Shown piece by piece: positions 9,680 through 18,843 of a stretch of 29,368 nucleotides of DNA; position 1 is the first letter of the stretch, and every line of letters starts with the position of its first letter. The translations under genes were made by a program, and so were the position numbers. This DNA is from a virus. Lineage: Duplodnaviria > Heunggongvirae > Uroviricota > Caudoviricetes. Under the pieces are notes generated by a model, which was given only the letters and a program-made list of their open reading frames with translations, had not been told where the DNA came from and searched no databases. Location: the IMG/VR virus record IMGVR_UViG_2698536651_000005, positions 1-29,368 of that record. One strand, 5' to 3'.

Positions 9680-9772
9680 GCTATCTGATGCTATGCCCCT
9701 TACTTTCGCTCATCGTAGCCCCAGAAAAGAGCCTGCATGAGTTGAGGGTGTTCAGCACTTCAGTGTCAGTTT

Positions 9773-10318
9773 TTAAACCACCACGCGCTCTTTCATCCAG
9801 CCATAGACAAACGACTCATTGGCCTCGCGTTTCTCTACCAGCTCCAGATAACGCTCGCCCTGCGTACAGTTCAGGGCTTTCACCAGTACCAGTTCACCAT
9901 CCCTGCTGCGATTTTTCAGATATGCCCGTAATGCATTAAGAGTACGCGGCCCGATGCGTCCATCTGCATCCATATCCGGATAGAGTTTCCCGCGCAGGTT
10001 GAAAACGTTCAGCCAGCGCTGAAGCATTCTGGACGCCACAGTTGGCCCCATGTTCACGCCCGTATCGCACAACTCTGCGGCAATATCAGGAGACAGGTCC
10101 TCAACCTGGTCGAATCGTGGTCCGTACCAGTAGTCCGCCTCGAGTATTTCCAGCGCCTGCCCACGCGTCAGGTCACGCATATCGCCCTGATAACCGTGTG
10201 CACGGGCAACTTTTTCAGTGATGCCCCATTTAGTCGGACCACCTTTATCATCCGGGTGATTGACGTAACCGCCCTCTTTTCCCAGAATTTCGTCAAAAAT
10301 TTCATCTTTCGACTTCAT
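9773..10318 (-). CDS. endolysin, GH108-type N-acetylmuramidase with C-terminal peptidoglycan-binding domain
   Basis: motif EGGYVNHPDDKGGPTKWGIT typical of glycoside hydrolase family 108, C-terminal region like PG_binding_3; ATG at 10318 with GAAGG RBS. Confidence 0.8.
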   Translation of the reverse strand: MKSKDEIFDEILGKEGGYVNHPDDKGGPTKWGITEKVARAHGYQGDMRDLTRGQALEILEADYWYGPRFDQVEDLSPDIAAELCDTGVNMGPTVASRMLQRWLNVFNLRGKLYPDMDADGRIGPRTLNALRAYLKNRSRDGELVLVKALNCTQGERYLELVEKREANESFVYGWMKERVVV

Positions 10319-10319
10319 A

Positions 10320-10598
10320 TCAGCGCCTTCGTAATACAAGGATTTTTGATACGTTCCCGCGTGCTCGTATCACCAGCACGCAGAACACCAGGTTAATCAG
10401 GACGACCAGCCAGTTACCGGGTGGAAAGCGACCACACAGATAACAAAGCGGCGCAAAGGCATAAAGCAGCATCAGCAGCCAGGCCAGCCACGACATCAGC
10501 GGTTTATGTCTCGACTCACCACGACGATAAAAAAAGAGCGTCAGCACGATAACCGTGCTTAACACCACATTCAGTAATCCGGGAAGGTTACTTAACAT
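10320..10598 (-). CDS. membrane protein, 3 predicted TM segments (holin/antiholin-like lysis accessory)
   Basis: ATG at 10598 with GGAGG RBS; three hydrophobic stretches; located between putative holin and endolysin. Confidence 0.5.
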   Translation of the reverse strand: MLSNLPGLLNVVLSTVIVLTLFFYRRGESRHKPLMSWLAWLLMLLYAFAPLCYLCGRFPPGNWLVVLINLVFCVLVIRARGNVSKILVLRRR

Positions 10599-10977
10599 TA
10601 CCGCCTCCACCCCGCAGACGGGAGAACAGCCCGGATACCAGCGATGCGATATCCTGCTGGTGGATGAATGAGAGAATCTTCACCGACACCACCGATACCA
10701 GTACCGCGCAAAGCGCGTCGAGAGATGTGCTGTGGAGATTCAGTTTTTCGACCAGGTAAGACGCCATCACATCCGCCCCCAGTACGCCAACAATGAACGA
10801 CACCAGAAAATGCGCTGCCACACGCCAGACAGAAATCTTCTGTGGTATCGTGGCCACAAACAGCGCCCCTGCGAATGCACCAAACACAATCCCGAAATCC
10901 GTTCCGGTAAACAGCCCGAATACCGTCGCCCCGCCGAGCGCCGCAGCCGTGCCGGAACCGGATAAGGGTTCAGACAT
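10588..10977 (-). CDS. putative holin
   Basis: ATG at 10977 (MSEPLSGSG...) with AGGAGA RBS; Gly-rich hydrophobic segments; first gene of the lysis cassette. Confidence 0.5.
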   Translation of the reverse strand: MSEPLSGSGTAAALGGATVFGLFTGTDFGIVFGAFAGALFVATIPQKISVWRVAAHFLVSFIVGVLGADVMASYLVEKLNLHSTSLDALCAVLVSVVSVKILSFIHQQDIASLVSGLFSRLRGGGGNVK

Positions 10978-11143
10978 ACTTTTTCTCCTGTAAATAAAAA
11001 AAGGCCACTGTCGGCCCGTAAAAAACACCCCGTCAAAGGCACCCGCAGATGCCTTTTGTGTGGTGTTATCTGGTGTTTTCTGATGTGGTGTGTGCAGGAC
11101 ACAGATGTGAAAAAGGTCCGCCGGTACGAACCCTGTGTATGGA

Positions 11144-11170
11144 TAAAAAAATGCCCGTCATGAGACGGGC
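11144..11170 (-). terminator. rho-independent terminator on reverse strand (tR'-like position)
   Basis: GCCCGTC-ATGA-GACGGGC hairpin followed on the reverse strand by U7; about 170 nt upstream of holin start. Confidence 0.45.
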
Positions 11171-11223
11171 TAACGCATTCATCATGCAAGAGTTAAGCAG
11201 GATTACTTGTATCGAATTATCGG

Positions 11224-11301
11224 TATCAGAATGAGTCGTCAACCTGCAACGCAATTCTGACGAATCGTAGACCCCGGTTCAGGCGACGACTCATTCTGAT
11301 A
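11224..11301. repeat. 17-bp perfect inverted repeat separated by a 44-bp spacer
   Basis: TATCAGAATGAGTCGTC (11224-11240) and exact reverse complement GACGACTCATTCTGATA (11285-11301). Confidence 0.6.
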
Positions 11302-11445
11302 ACGCATACCATTAACAATGTAAAAAACACAGCACTGAAACTGTAACCGGCCAGGCATTACAGAATGAAGAAAATAAAGTGTCCGCAACCAGATTCTTCA
11401 CGAAAATTCGTCAGTGCTGATAAAGCTATGACTCATCAGTTTTAC

Positions 11446-11522
11446 TGGAGAGCGGGTGGCGGGAATCGAACCCGCATCATCAGCCTGGAAAGCTGAGGTA
11501 ATAGCCATTATACGATACCCGC
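11446..11522 (-). tRNA. tRNA-Gly (anticodon UCC)-like, atypical 3' end
   Basis: reverse strand reads GCGGGUAUCGUAUAAUGGCUAUUACCUCAGCUUUCCAGGCUGAUGAUGCGGGUUCGAUUCCCGCCACCCGCUCUCCA: near-identical to E. coli glyT as recalled through D and T arms, anticodon loop UU-UCC-AG; acceptor 3' strand differs and there is a 2-nt insertion before CCA. Confidence 0.7.
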
Positions 11523-11740
11523 ATACTGTGCTGGCTTCCGGAATCACACGAATTACCGGGAAAGCCAGCACTGGTCTTTCCGGTGGCAAGCAACACCCCT
11601 GTGAACATAAAGACAACCACCTTCCGGACCAGTCAGAATACTAACGACAGTTTTTCAGACATCAAAAATATATTTGGTGTTCAGTTTTAAATATGTGTAT
11701 ACATCTGTATCAGAAATATACAACTTATATCATCACTGAA

Positions 11741-12787
11741 TTAAAAATCTTTCGTTATTTCTCTGACCGTCTGATTAAAACGTTCCTCTTCCAGTTCCAC
11801 GCCAATCGCCCTGCGTCCCAGCAACAGTGCCGCTTTTATCGTGGAACCTGACCCCATAAAAAAATCTGCGACCAAATCGCCTGGACGGCTGCTGGCAGTA
11901 ATTATCTGACGCAACATATCCGCCGGTTTTTCACAGGGATGTTTGCCCGGATAATACTGCACGGGCTTGTGCGTCCAGACATCCGTATAAGGAACGACAG
12001 CCGATACGGAAAAATAACGCCGCAGTGATTTGTATTCCTCCAGCAGGCTGACATATTGCCGGTTCAGTTCGCTGTATGTGCTGACCAGCTGGTGATGTGG
12101 CTGCTCCAGTTCACCGCGCTGGTGTTTTTCTGCCGCCACACGTGCAAACAGCGCCTGCAGTTTACTGTAATCGGCCTCATTCGGTAACTGCCACTGACTG
12201 GTACCAAACCAGTGCGAAGCCATGTTTTTCTTTCCGGTGGCTTCTGCTATCTGTTTTGACGTTATCCCCAGTGATTCGCGCGCATCACGAAAGTAAGAAA
12301 TCAGCGGGGCCATGACATGCTGCTTAAGCTCGCGCCCCTTTGCTGCATAACCGTCACTTTTGGGCTGGTATGGCCCCTGATAATGTTCGGCAAACAGAAT
12401 GCGCTCTGTTGCCGGGAAATACGCCCGCAGGCTTTCCTTGTTGCACCCATTCCAGCGTCCGGACGGCTTCGCCCAGATAATGTGGTTCAGCACATTAAAA
12501 CGTTCACGCATCATGAGTTCGGTGTCAGATGCCAGGCGATGACCACAGAACAGGTAAAGACTTCCGGCGGGTTTTAATACCCGCCAGAACTGCGCAAGAC
12601 ACTGGTCCAGCCATTGCAGGTAATCAGCGTCGCCCTTCCACTGGTTATCCCAGCCCTCGGGCTTCACTTTAAAGTATGGCGGGTCTGTGACTATCAGATC
12701 GACAGAGTTTTCCGGTAAGGTCCGGATAAATTCCAGGCAATCAGCGTTGATTAACTCACAACTGGATATTTTTACAGTATTAGCCAT
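11741..12787 (-). CDS. DNA N6-adenine (or N4-cytosine) methyltransferase, beta-class, orphan
   Basis: motif IV DLIVTDPPY near N-terminus and SAM-binding motif FFMGSGST near C-terminus (order IV then I); no adjacent restriction endonuclease candidate. Confidence 0.85.
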   Translation of the reverse strand: MANTVKISSCELINADCLEFIRTLPENSVDLIVTDPPYFKVKPEGWDNQWKGDADYLQWLDQCLAQFWRVLKPAGSLYLFCGHRLASDTELMMRERFNVLNHIIWAKPSGRWNGCNKESLRAYFPATERILFAEHYQGPYQPKSDGYAAKGRELKQHVMAPLISYFRDARESLGITSKQIAEATGKKNMASHWFGTSQWQLPNEADYSKLQALFARVAAEKHQRGELEQPHHQLVSTYSELNRQYVSLLEEYKSLRRYFSVSAVVPYTDVWTHKPVQYYPGKHPCEKPADMLRQIITASSRPGDLVADFFMGSGSTIKAALLLGRRAIGVELEEERFNQTVREITKDF

Positions 12788-12937
12788 AGATCAATAAGCT
12801 CTTCTCTGATAGGCTCATACCGCTTTTGCGCAAAGCAGATGGGCCTGAGGTTTGCTTGTGACCCCAACGCATGAGCAGATGGCTGGCAGGTGCCGCTAAC
12901 ACCCACCAGCCGCCCATTACCACAAATTAAAAAGCCT

Positions 12938-13135
12938 TCACTGAGGAAGGCGTCTGTAACAACCGAACTGATAATCTGCCAGACCCGCCATAACAAGCTG
13001 GGTCAGTATTAACTGGCAGCGTTCGCGTGAAAGGTAAGTATTCTGCGCAATTTCCCCGACGGTCGCCGGTTCGGTGACGCTTAATTCATTAAACACCACT
13101 CTGGCGGTTTCGGTCATATCCTGCTGTTTTAGCAT
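12938..13135 (-). CDS. hypothetical small protein, possible winged-helix
   Basis: ATG at 13135 with AAGGGA RBS; track ORF extends to 13228; no recognised motifs. Confidence 0.3.
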   Translation of the reverse strand: MLKQQDMTETARVVFNELSVTEPATVGEIAQNTYLSRERCQLILTQLVMAGLADYQFGCYRRLPQ

Positions 13136-13643
13136 GTCTTTTTCCCTTTTCCGGTTAACGTGACATACCAATAACTCTTGTCGAAAAAGCCAGCAAGCTG
13201 AAAGACCGGTATTCGTAACCACCAGCACGTTTAACGTCCTGTGCCGTTTTTCGGGTACAAAAAACAGCCCGACGGCGGTTTTAAGGAAGGAGTCGAAGCA
13301 ACCACTCTTAACATCATAATTGAATTTTTACGTACGTAAACCACAAATACGCCACTCAAATGTTAATGCTCTATAACAAAACCAAACATGCGAATAACAC
13401 ATATTACACCAAATACATCATTGTTATTTTTCAATGAAAAATGAGTAAATAATGTATTTCATTAATTAAATTCCGCATTACACAAAAATATCGACAAATT
13501 ACACCAACGCGCATAAATGAGATCTTGATCATATTATCAATCACTAAATTAAACTTGCCTCTTGAAATAACCACATTGATTAGATGAATATTTATCGCGC
13601 AGTGACATCATTTTTTAAAAATAGTTCAAAAAAAGGGTTCGTG

Positions 13644-14747
13644 ATGAAAAAATTAACGGTGGCAATTTCTGCTGTGGCTGCATCAGTACTGATGGCGATG
13701 TCTGCTCAGGCAGCAGAGATTTATAATAAAGACAGCAACAAGTTGGATCTGTACGGAAAAGTTAATGCTAAGCACTACTTCTCCTCTAACGATGCAAATG
13801 ATGGCGACACAACTTATGCTCGTCTGGGTTTCAAAGGCGAAACTCAGATCAACGATCAACTGACTGGTTTCGGTCAGTGGGAATATGAATTCAAAGGAAA
13901 CCGTACTGAAGAACAGGGAGCAGCCAAAGATAAAACCCGTCTTGCATTTGCAGGGCTTAAATTCGGTGACTACGGCTCCGTCGATTACGGTCGTAACTAC
14001 GGTGTAGCATACGATATCGGTGCATGGACTGACGTTCTGCCAGAATTCGGTGGAGATACCTGGACCCAAACAGATGTATTCATGACTGGTCGCACCACTG
14101 GTGTTGCAACTTATCGTAACAACGACTTCTTTGGTCTGGTTGATGGTCTGAATTTTGCTGCACAGTACCAGGGTAAGAATAATCATGATCGTAGTAGCTT
14201 AGATAACTACACCAAAGGCAATGGCGATGGTTTTGGTTTCTCTGCGACCTATGAATACGAAGGTTTCGGCATTGGTGCAACGTATGCGAAATCTGATCGT
14301 ACCGACACTCAAGTCAAATTGGGTAAACTTCTCCCAGGAGTATTTGCTTCCGGCGAAAATGCAGAAGTCTGGGCTGCAGGTCTGAAATACGACGCAAACA
14401 ACGTTTATCTGGCAACAACCTATTCAGAAACCCAGAATATGACTAAATTCGCAGATTACTTTGTGGCTAATAAAGCACAAAACTTCGAAGCTGTTGCACA
14501 ATATCAGTTCGATTTCGGTCTGCGTCCGTCTGTTGCTTATCTGCAATCAAAAGGTAAAGATCTTGGCATTTTTGGTGACCAAGATTTAGTCAAATATGTT
14601 GATGTTGGCGCAACTTATTATTTCAACAAAAATATGTCTACATTCGTTGATTACAAAATCAACCTGCTTGACAAAAATGACTTTACTAAAGCTCTTGGTG
14701 TAAACACTGACGATATCGTTGCTGTAGGTATGGTATACCAGTTCTAA
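13644..14747 (+). CDS. outer membrane porin, OmpC/NmpC/phage Lc family (prophage moron)
   Basis: signal peptide [23 protein letters not shown] then [16 protein letters not shown]..., C-terminal ...[11 protein letters not shown]; classic general-porin hallmarks; track ORF begins at 13584 but ATG 13644 gives a canonical signal peptide. Confidence 0.9.
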   Translation: MKKLTVAISAVAASVLMAMSAQAAEIYNKDSNKLDLYGKVNAKHYFSSNDANDGDTTYARLGFKGETQINDQLTGFGQWEYEFKGNRTEEQGAAKDKTRLAFAGLKFGDYGSVDYGRNYGVAYDIGAWTDVLPEFGGDTWTQTDVFMTGRTTGVATYRNNDFFGLVDGLNFAAQYQGKNNHDRSSLDNYTKGNGDGFGFSATYEYEGFGIGATYAKSDRTDTQVKLGKLLPGVFASGENAEVWAAGLKYDANNVYLATTYSETQNMTKFADYFVANKAQNFEAVAQYQFDFGLRPSVAYLQSKGKDLGIFGDQDLVKYVDVGATYYFNKNMSTFVDYKINLLDKNDFTKALGVNTDDIVAVGMVYQF

Positions 14748-14767
14748 TCTGGTTAATAAAGGATATG

Positions 14768-14826
14768 CTGAGAAGGTTTTATCTTCTCAGCATATAAGTG
14801 GCTCCCTCAAGCCACTTCTTTAAGAA
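14768..14826 (+). terminator. tandem hairpins downstream of porin gene
   Basis: GCTGAGAAG-gttttat-CTTCTCAGC followed by AGTGGCT-ccctcaa-GCCACT then TCTTT. Confidence 0.5.
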
Positions 14827-14927
14827 GCATTAGAGCCCTGCTTCTTACTATCTAAACTTTCTGTTATATATTACCCTTTATCTTGGGGGTGTTTTTACGC
14901 CCCATTTTTTATTAAAAAATAATCGTA

Positions 14928-15311
14928 TTAATTAAGCTTAGTAACATCAATATCCATCTCTAAGCAAATGTCTAATGCCATTAACATACCTTCGATTATT
15001 CCCTCTGCTTTCTGTAACCTTTTCCCGATATACCCATCAGAGCAATTATGCTTCCGCGCCAGCATCATAAACGTCATCCCACCAACATAATAATCCACCA
15101 GCAAATCATGTAAGCCATTGTTGCTCTTTTTCAGACAGGCCATACATCCACAAATGATCATCGCGTCATCGTCACAGCATTGCGGACGAGATCTTACTTT
15201 TGAAGGAATTAATCCCTTAAAACCGGCGGCAACGGACGACCAGGTCACATCTTCATGATTATTAGCCGCCCACGCTCCCCAACGCTCAAGAACCATCTGA
15301 ATATCACGCAT
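14928..15311 (-). CDS. late-gene antitermination protein Q (phage 82 / DLP12 QuuD-like)
   Basis: 127 aa beginning [24 protein letters not shown], Cys-rich centre ([15 protein letters not shown]); recalled as the 82-type Q family; directly after replication genes. Confidence 0.7.
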   Translation of the reverse strand: MRDIQMVLERWGAWAANNHEDVTWSSVAAGFKGLIPSKVRSRPQCCDDDAMIICGCMACLKKSNNGLHDLLVDYYVGGMTFMMLARKHNCSDGYIGKRLQKAEGIIEGMLMALDICLEMDIDVTKLN

Positions 15312-15553
15312 CAGCGCAGTACCTCCTGCACCAGTTTTTCAAACTTTCCAACTTTGGTTTCCAGCTCTGCCACACAATCCACCAGCTCATCCACTGCTTT
15401 TTGTGCGCGGTGTTTCGCCTGCATCAGTTCCCTGAGCGCTGGCACCATATCCTTACGAATGGCATCTTTTGTTACGCCTGTCTTTTCCAGTTGTTCCGCC
15501 TGTCGTAACATTTCCTGTGCCTGTTTACGTAATTGTTCAGGCGTAAAAGTCAT
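15311..15553 (-). CDS. hypothetical coiled-coil protein
   Basis: ATG at 15553 ([24 protein letters not shown]...); stop overlaps Q start; charged helical composition. Confidence 0.45.
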   Translation of the reverse strand: MTFTPEQLRKQAQEMLRQAEQLEKTGVTKDAIRKDMVPALRELMQAKHRAQKAVDELVDCVAELETKVGKFEKLVQEVLR

Positions 15554-15564
15554 GGTCTGGTTGT

Positions 15565-16965
15565 TCAAAAGAAACGCTCCATCTTACTGCTGTCGGTTCG
15601 CTTATTGCTGTATCTGCGCGGCTGGGGCTGCTGCATTGGGGTGGAAAGAATCTGTGCGCTTTCCTGGTCTACGGGCAGAAAATGTCCGTTATAAAAACGC
15701 CGGTAAATCGTCCCCAGAGAACCGTTACGTTGTTTCGTGATATTGATTTCTGCAATGCCTCTGGCCTGCGTATCCGGGTTGTACACTTCATCCCTGTAAA
15801 GCATCAGAATGATGTCTGCATCCGCCTCTATTTCTCCGGAATTTTTCAGGTCTGAGTTCATAGGGCGTTTATTGGGCCTGGACTCCACACCACGGGAAAG
15901 CTGGCTCAGCGCAATCAACGGAAAACCACCGGATTTTGCCAGGCCTTTAAGCCCCTTTGAGATTTCACCCACGGCAAGGTCATGACGCCCCGTGGTTCGG
16001 GTTTTTATCAGCCCGAGATAATCAACCACCACCAGTGCCGTTTCCGGATGTTTAATCAAATGGTGTTTCGTTGTTACGCATATCTCGTCAATGGTCAGGT
16101 TCGCCTGGTCCACCATCCAGATATTGCGTCCGGTCATCAGCTCCACACCCTTAATGAAACGCGCCCAGTCTTCGTCACCAAAGTTAGAGACAGATTTCAG
16201 GCGCGATACAGGCATTCCTCCGGCAGCAGACACCATGCGTTCACCGATCTGAATGTTCGCCATTTCCATTGTGAACAGAAGAACACCGCGCCCCTGTTCA
16301 GTCACTTTGTCGATGATATCCAGCGCCAGTTCTGTTTTCCCCATCGAAGGGCGCGCCGCGATGAATATCAGGTCGCCGGGCTCCATGCCTCCTGTTTTTG
16401 CGTCCAGCTCATCAATACCGGTCATCAACGTCCTGGATTTCTCCAGCCCCTGATTCCGGCATTCAACACGGTCAACCACCTCCGGAAGTACATCATCAAT
16501 GTGTACAGGCTGAATAATGCCCTTTTCGGTCGACAATGAGACCATCATGTTTTGAGCATCCTTCAGGGCATCTTCAGCTGCTTCACAGGTATGCGCATCA
16601 CGTAATTTCTGCAATGCTTCGGCCAGTGTTTTTTCTGCATCACGCAGTGCGGCATTGCGTCGCAGTGCTGCAACATAGTGTTCCAGAGATGACTTCACCC
16701 AGGTTTTACGCCCGGTATCAGTAATCACCGGGGCAAGTTCCGGCATCTCATTGCACAACAGCACAGGATCAATCACGCCGGACACACGGGCCTGTCTGCA
16801 GATGCCTGTGTAGATATCCCGGTACGGTCGTACAGAAAAAACGTCCGCCGGTAGTGTGGCCAGAATATCCATCACTTCCGGATCTGCCCCACGCAAAAAG
16901 AATGCGCCAATAACAGCACCTTCCAGATCATCGTTACGCCAGACCGGACTGTTCTGGCTGATCAT
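15565..16965 (-). CDS. replicative DNA helicase (DnaB family)
   Basis: 466 aa; Walker A ARPSMGKTELALD and C-terminal RecA-like region characteristic of DnaB-type helicases; ATG overlaps upstream stop (ATGA). Confidence 0.9.
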   Translation of the reverse strand: MISQNSPVWRNDDLEGAVIGAFFLRGADPEVMDILATLPADVFSVRPYRDIYTGICRQARVSGVIDPVLLCNEMPELAPVITDTGRKTWVKSSLEHYVAALRRNAALRDAEKTLAEALQKLRDAHTCEAAEDALKDAQNMMVSLSTEKGIIQPVHIDDVLPEVVDRVECRNQGLEKSRTLMTGIDELDAKTGGMEPGDLIFIAARPSMGKTELALDIIDKVTEQGRGVLLFTMEMANIQIGERMVSAAGGMPVSRLKSVSNFGDEDWARFIKGVELMTGRNIWMVDQANLTIDEICVTTKHHLIKHPETALVVVDYLGLIKTRTTGRHDLAVGEISKGLKGLAKSGGFPLIALSQLSRGVESRPNKRPMNSDLKNSGEIEADADIILMLYRDEVYNPDTQARGIAEINITKQRNGSLGTIYRRFYNGHFLPVDQESAQILSTPMQQPQPRRYSNKRTDSSKMERFF

Positions 16966-17840
16966 GCTGCCACACCTCCGGTATGTGCCCGGTAGCTGGG
17001 CCAGTTGAAGGACAACAGGTTACGGCCACCATCCGTAACCCTGTCAGCAATACGTGGACTGATGTATGCCCACAACGCCTTCGGTGAAAGATTGCTGATC
17101 AGGATGGTTGGCAGAATACTTTCGTACCGGGCATTGATAATTTCCTGAAGAATGGCCATTTCCGCCGCGCTACCAAACTGGACACCCACTTCGTCGATAA
17201 TCAGCAGATCCAGTGATGCATAATGCTCAATCACCTCATCCGCAGTTTTTTCGCTGTCATTCCGCCAGCAGTTTTTCACAGCCCGGGTCAGGCGCATCAC
17301 GTCGGTGATCTCAACACTGGCGAGATAGTTGCGGATGACATATTTTGCCATCGCAACCGCCAGGTGATTTTTCCCGGTGCCACAACTGCCAGTCAGCACG
17401 AGATTTGTGCCGTTCTCCAGAACATCCGCCCAGTTTTCGGCATAGCGACGACAGGCAGCAAGATTTCTGGCTGCGTCAGGATTAATCTCCTGATAGTTTT
17501 CAAACTCACAGTCACGAAAACGCAGTGCAATTCCGGCGTTATCAGTCAGTTCTTCCGCCTTCAAGGACGACAACTCCATAATCACATCGTTGATTTCAGC
17601 ACTCAGGCAGTGAGGGCAGTGTGAAATTTTCTCTCTGTCCTCGCCATTACGATCCCCCCACACCAGAATATGCGTGTGATATTCGCCATGTTTTTCGCAA
17701 TATCCGCGACCTTCACGCATCCGGCAGGAACGATAAGGCCACGGTTTTTCCCCAGTCTCCGCAAACGCCATCTCAGACCGTAACTCATCCATCCGCGCCT
17801 GTAGTCTTGTTTGTTGTTCACGCAGGTTAAACGTCATCAT
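16962..17840 (-). CDS. DnaC/IstB-like AAA+ helicase loader with N-terminal Cys/His cluster
   Basis: Walker A TGSCGTGKNHLAVA, Walker B LLIIDEVG; N-terminal CEKHGEYHTH...HCPHC; ATG 17840 with GAGGTGA RBS (track start is a GTG at 17849). Confidence 0.8.
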   Translation of the reverse strand: MMTFNLREQQTRLQARMDELRSEMAFAETGEKPWPYRSCRMREGRGYCEKHGEYHTHILVWGDRNGEDREKISHCPHCLSAEINDVIMELSSLKAEELTDNAGIALRFRDCEFENYQEINPDAARNLAACRRYAENWADVLENGTNLVLTGSCGTGKNHLAVAMAKYVIRNYLASVEITDVMRLTRAVKNCWRNDSEKTADEVIEHYASLDLLIIDEVGVQFGSAAEMAILQEIINARYESILPTILISNLSPKALWAYISPRIADRVTDGGRNLLSFNWPSYRAHTGGVAA

Positions 17841-17850
17841 CGCTGTCACC

Positions 17851-18843
17851 TCAGAATGTTAAGTTGTCACTGGATTTACCGAATTCGTCAGACATGGCAC
17901 CAAGACCAGACAGGATATCTATCTGTCGCTGTCGCCCACCTCCGGGAGCGGCTGGCTGTTGCCAGAAATCTTCGAAGTGACGATCGGGTCCAAAAAACGT
18001 CGCGGTCTGCTTCACGAATTGTGTGCCGGTATTTCCTGTGGCACGTACCCAGGCGGCATAACGCCTCACGCCATCAAGCATGGTTTCGGGTGTCACACCT
18101 TCCCTGATTCGGGCTTTCCAGGCTTTGAAGGCTGCCGACTTGGAATTACCACCAGCACGTTTGGGGTATTCCTGCCAGGCCTGTTCAAATTCCGGTGAAT
18201 ATTCCTGTCGGGCAGAACGCGCTGGTGCAGACGCGTCAGCGGATGCGCCAATAGTGTTTTTAGTCTCCGTTGTAATCTCTGTAGTAATCTCTGTATTTGT
18301 ATCAACATTCGGCGTATCCCCTGTTCCGTTATGACGTTGGGGGGTGTTCCGTTTTAACGTAATAGCTGTGTCGCTGACTGTGTTATTGCTGTTGCTTTCT
18401 GACGAAACAGAAGAAGGTGTGGTGATGGCAGCAATTGCCTGTGGGTTGATCCCGACAAACAAAATATTGCTGCATTTCACCCCGTCTAGCATTTCCACCG
18501 TGCGTAAATCCAGAGTAATAAACCCGGCATCGCGAAGACGCTTCAGCGCATCTGCGGTTTCCCTTTTCCCAAAACCAAACTGCTCAGCAAACGCCTGATA
18601 GCTTCTTTGCAGCTTGTCACCCTGAAAACGCTTGCGATATCCCAGTAAAGCCCCGGTATGCTCATCCCGGACTTCTGTCGGGCGGTACCAATAAACGATC
18701 TCTGAGAGCAGGGCGATAGCGGTCGCATCCGGACGACCACTGGGTAGCCGAATATGTTTCCACCAGTTCGCTGGTGTGACATTGCCGGAAATATTAATTT
18801 GACCAATAGCTATAACTTCCGGTGTGGGGGCGTAACGACTCAT
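17851..18843 (-). CDS. replication initiation protein (lambda O-like / replisome organiser)
   Basis: 330 aa, AAGGAGG RBS; first gene of the helicase-loader/helicase operon; central Thr/Ser-rich linker with TEITTEITTE repeats. Confidence 0.6.
   Translation of the reverse strand: MSRYAPTPEVIAIGQINISGNVTPANWWKHIRLPSGRPDATAIALLSEIVYWYRPTEVRDEHTGALLGYRKRFQGDKLQRSYQAFAEQFGFGKRETADALKRLRDAGFITLDLRTVEMLDGVKCSNILFVGINPQAIAAITTPSSVSSESNSNNTVSDTAITLKRNTPQRHNGTGDTPNVDTNTEITTEITTETKNTIGASADASAPARSARQEYSPEFEQAWQEYPKRAGGNSKSAAFKAWKARIREGVTPETMLDGVRRYAAWVRATGNTGTQFVKQTATFFGPDRHFEDFWQQPAAPGGGRQRQIDILSGLGAMSDEFGKSSDNLTF
18272..18295. repeat. exact tandem 12-bp repeat (GTAATCTCTGTA x2) inside the O-like gene
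   Basis: read directly from sequence; encodes TEITTEIT on the reverse strand; candidate origin iterons. Confidence 0.5.

Noticed and set aside
12772-12996. 74-aa reverse-strand ORF overlapping the methyltransferase start
   Set aside because: No RBS, overlaps two better-supported genes.
13683-14186. 167-aa reverse-strand ORF
   Set aside because: Antisense to the clearly real porin gene.
14880-14930. Hairpin GGGGGTG-TTTTTA-CGCCCC followed by a T-run, considered as the Q-dependent late terminator or promoter region
   Set aside because: The structure is terminator-like only on the forward strand (opposite to Q and the late genes); no convincing PR'/qut could be placed here by eye.
15982-16539. 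185-aa forward-strand ORF
   Set aside because: Antisense to the DnaB-type helicase gene.
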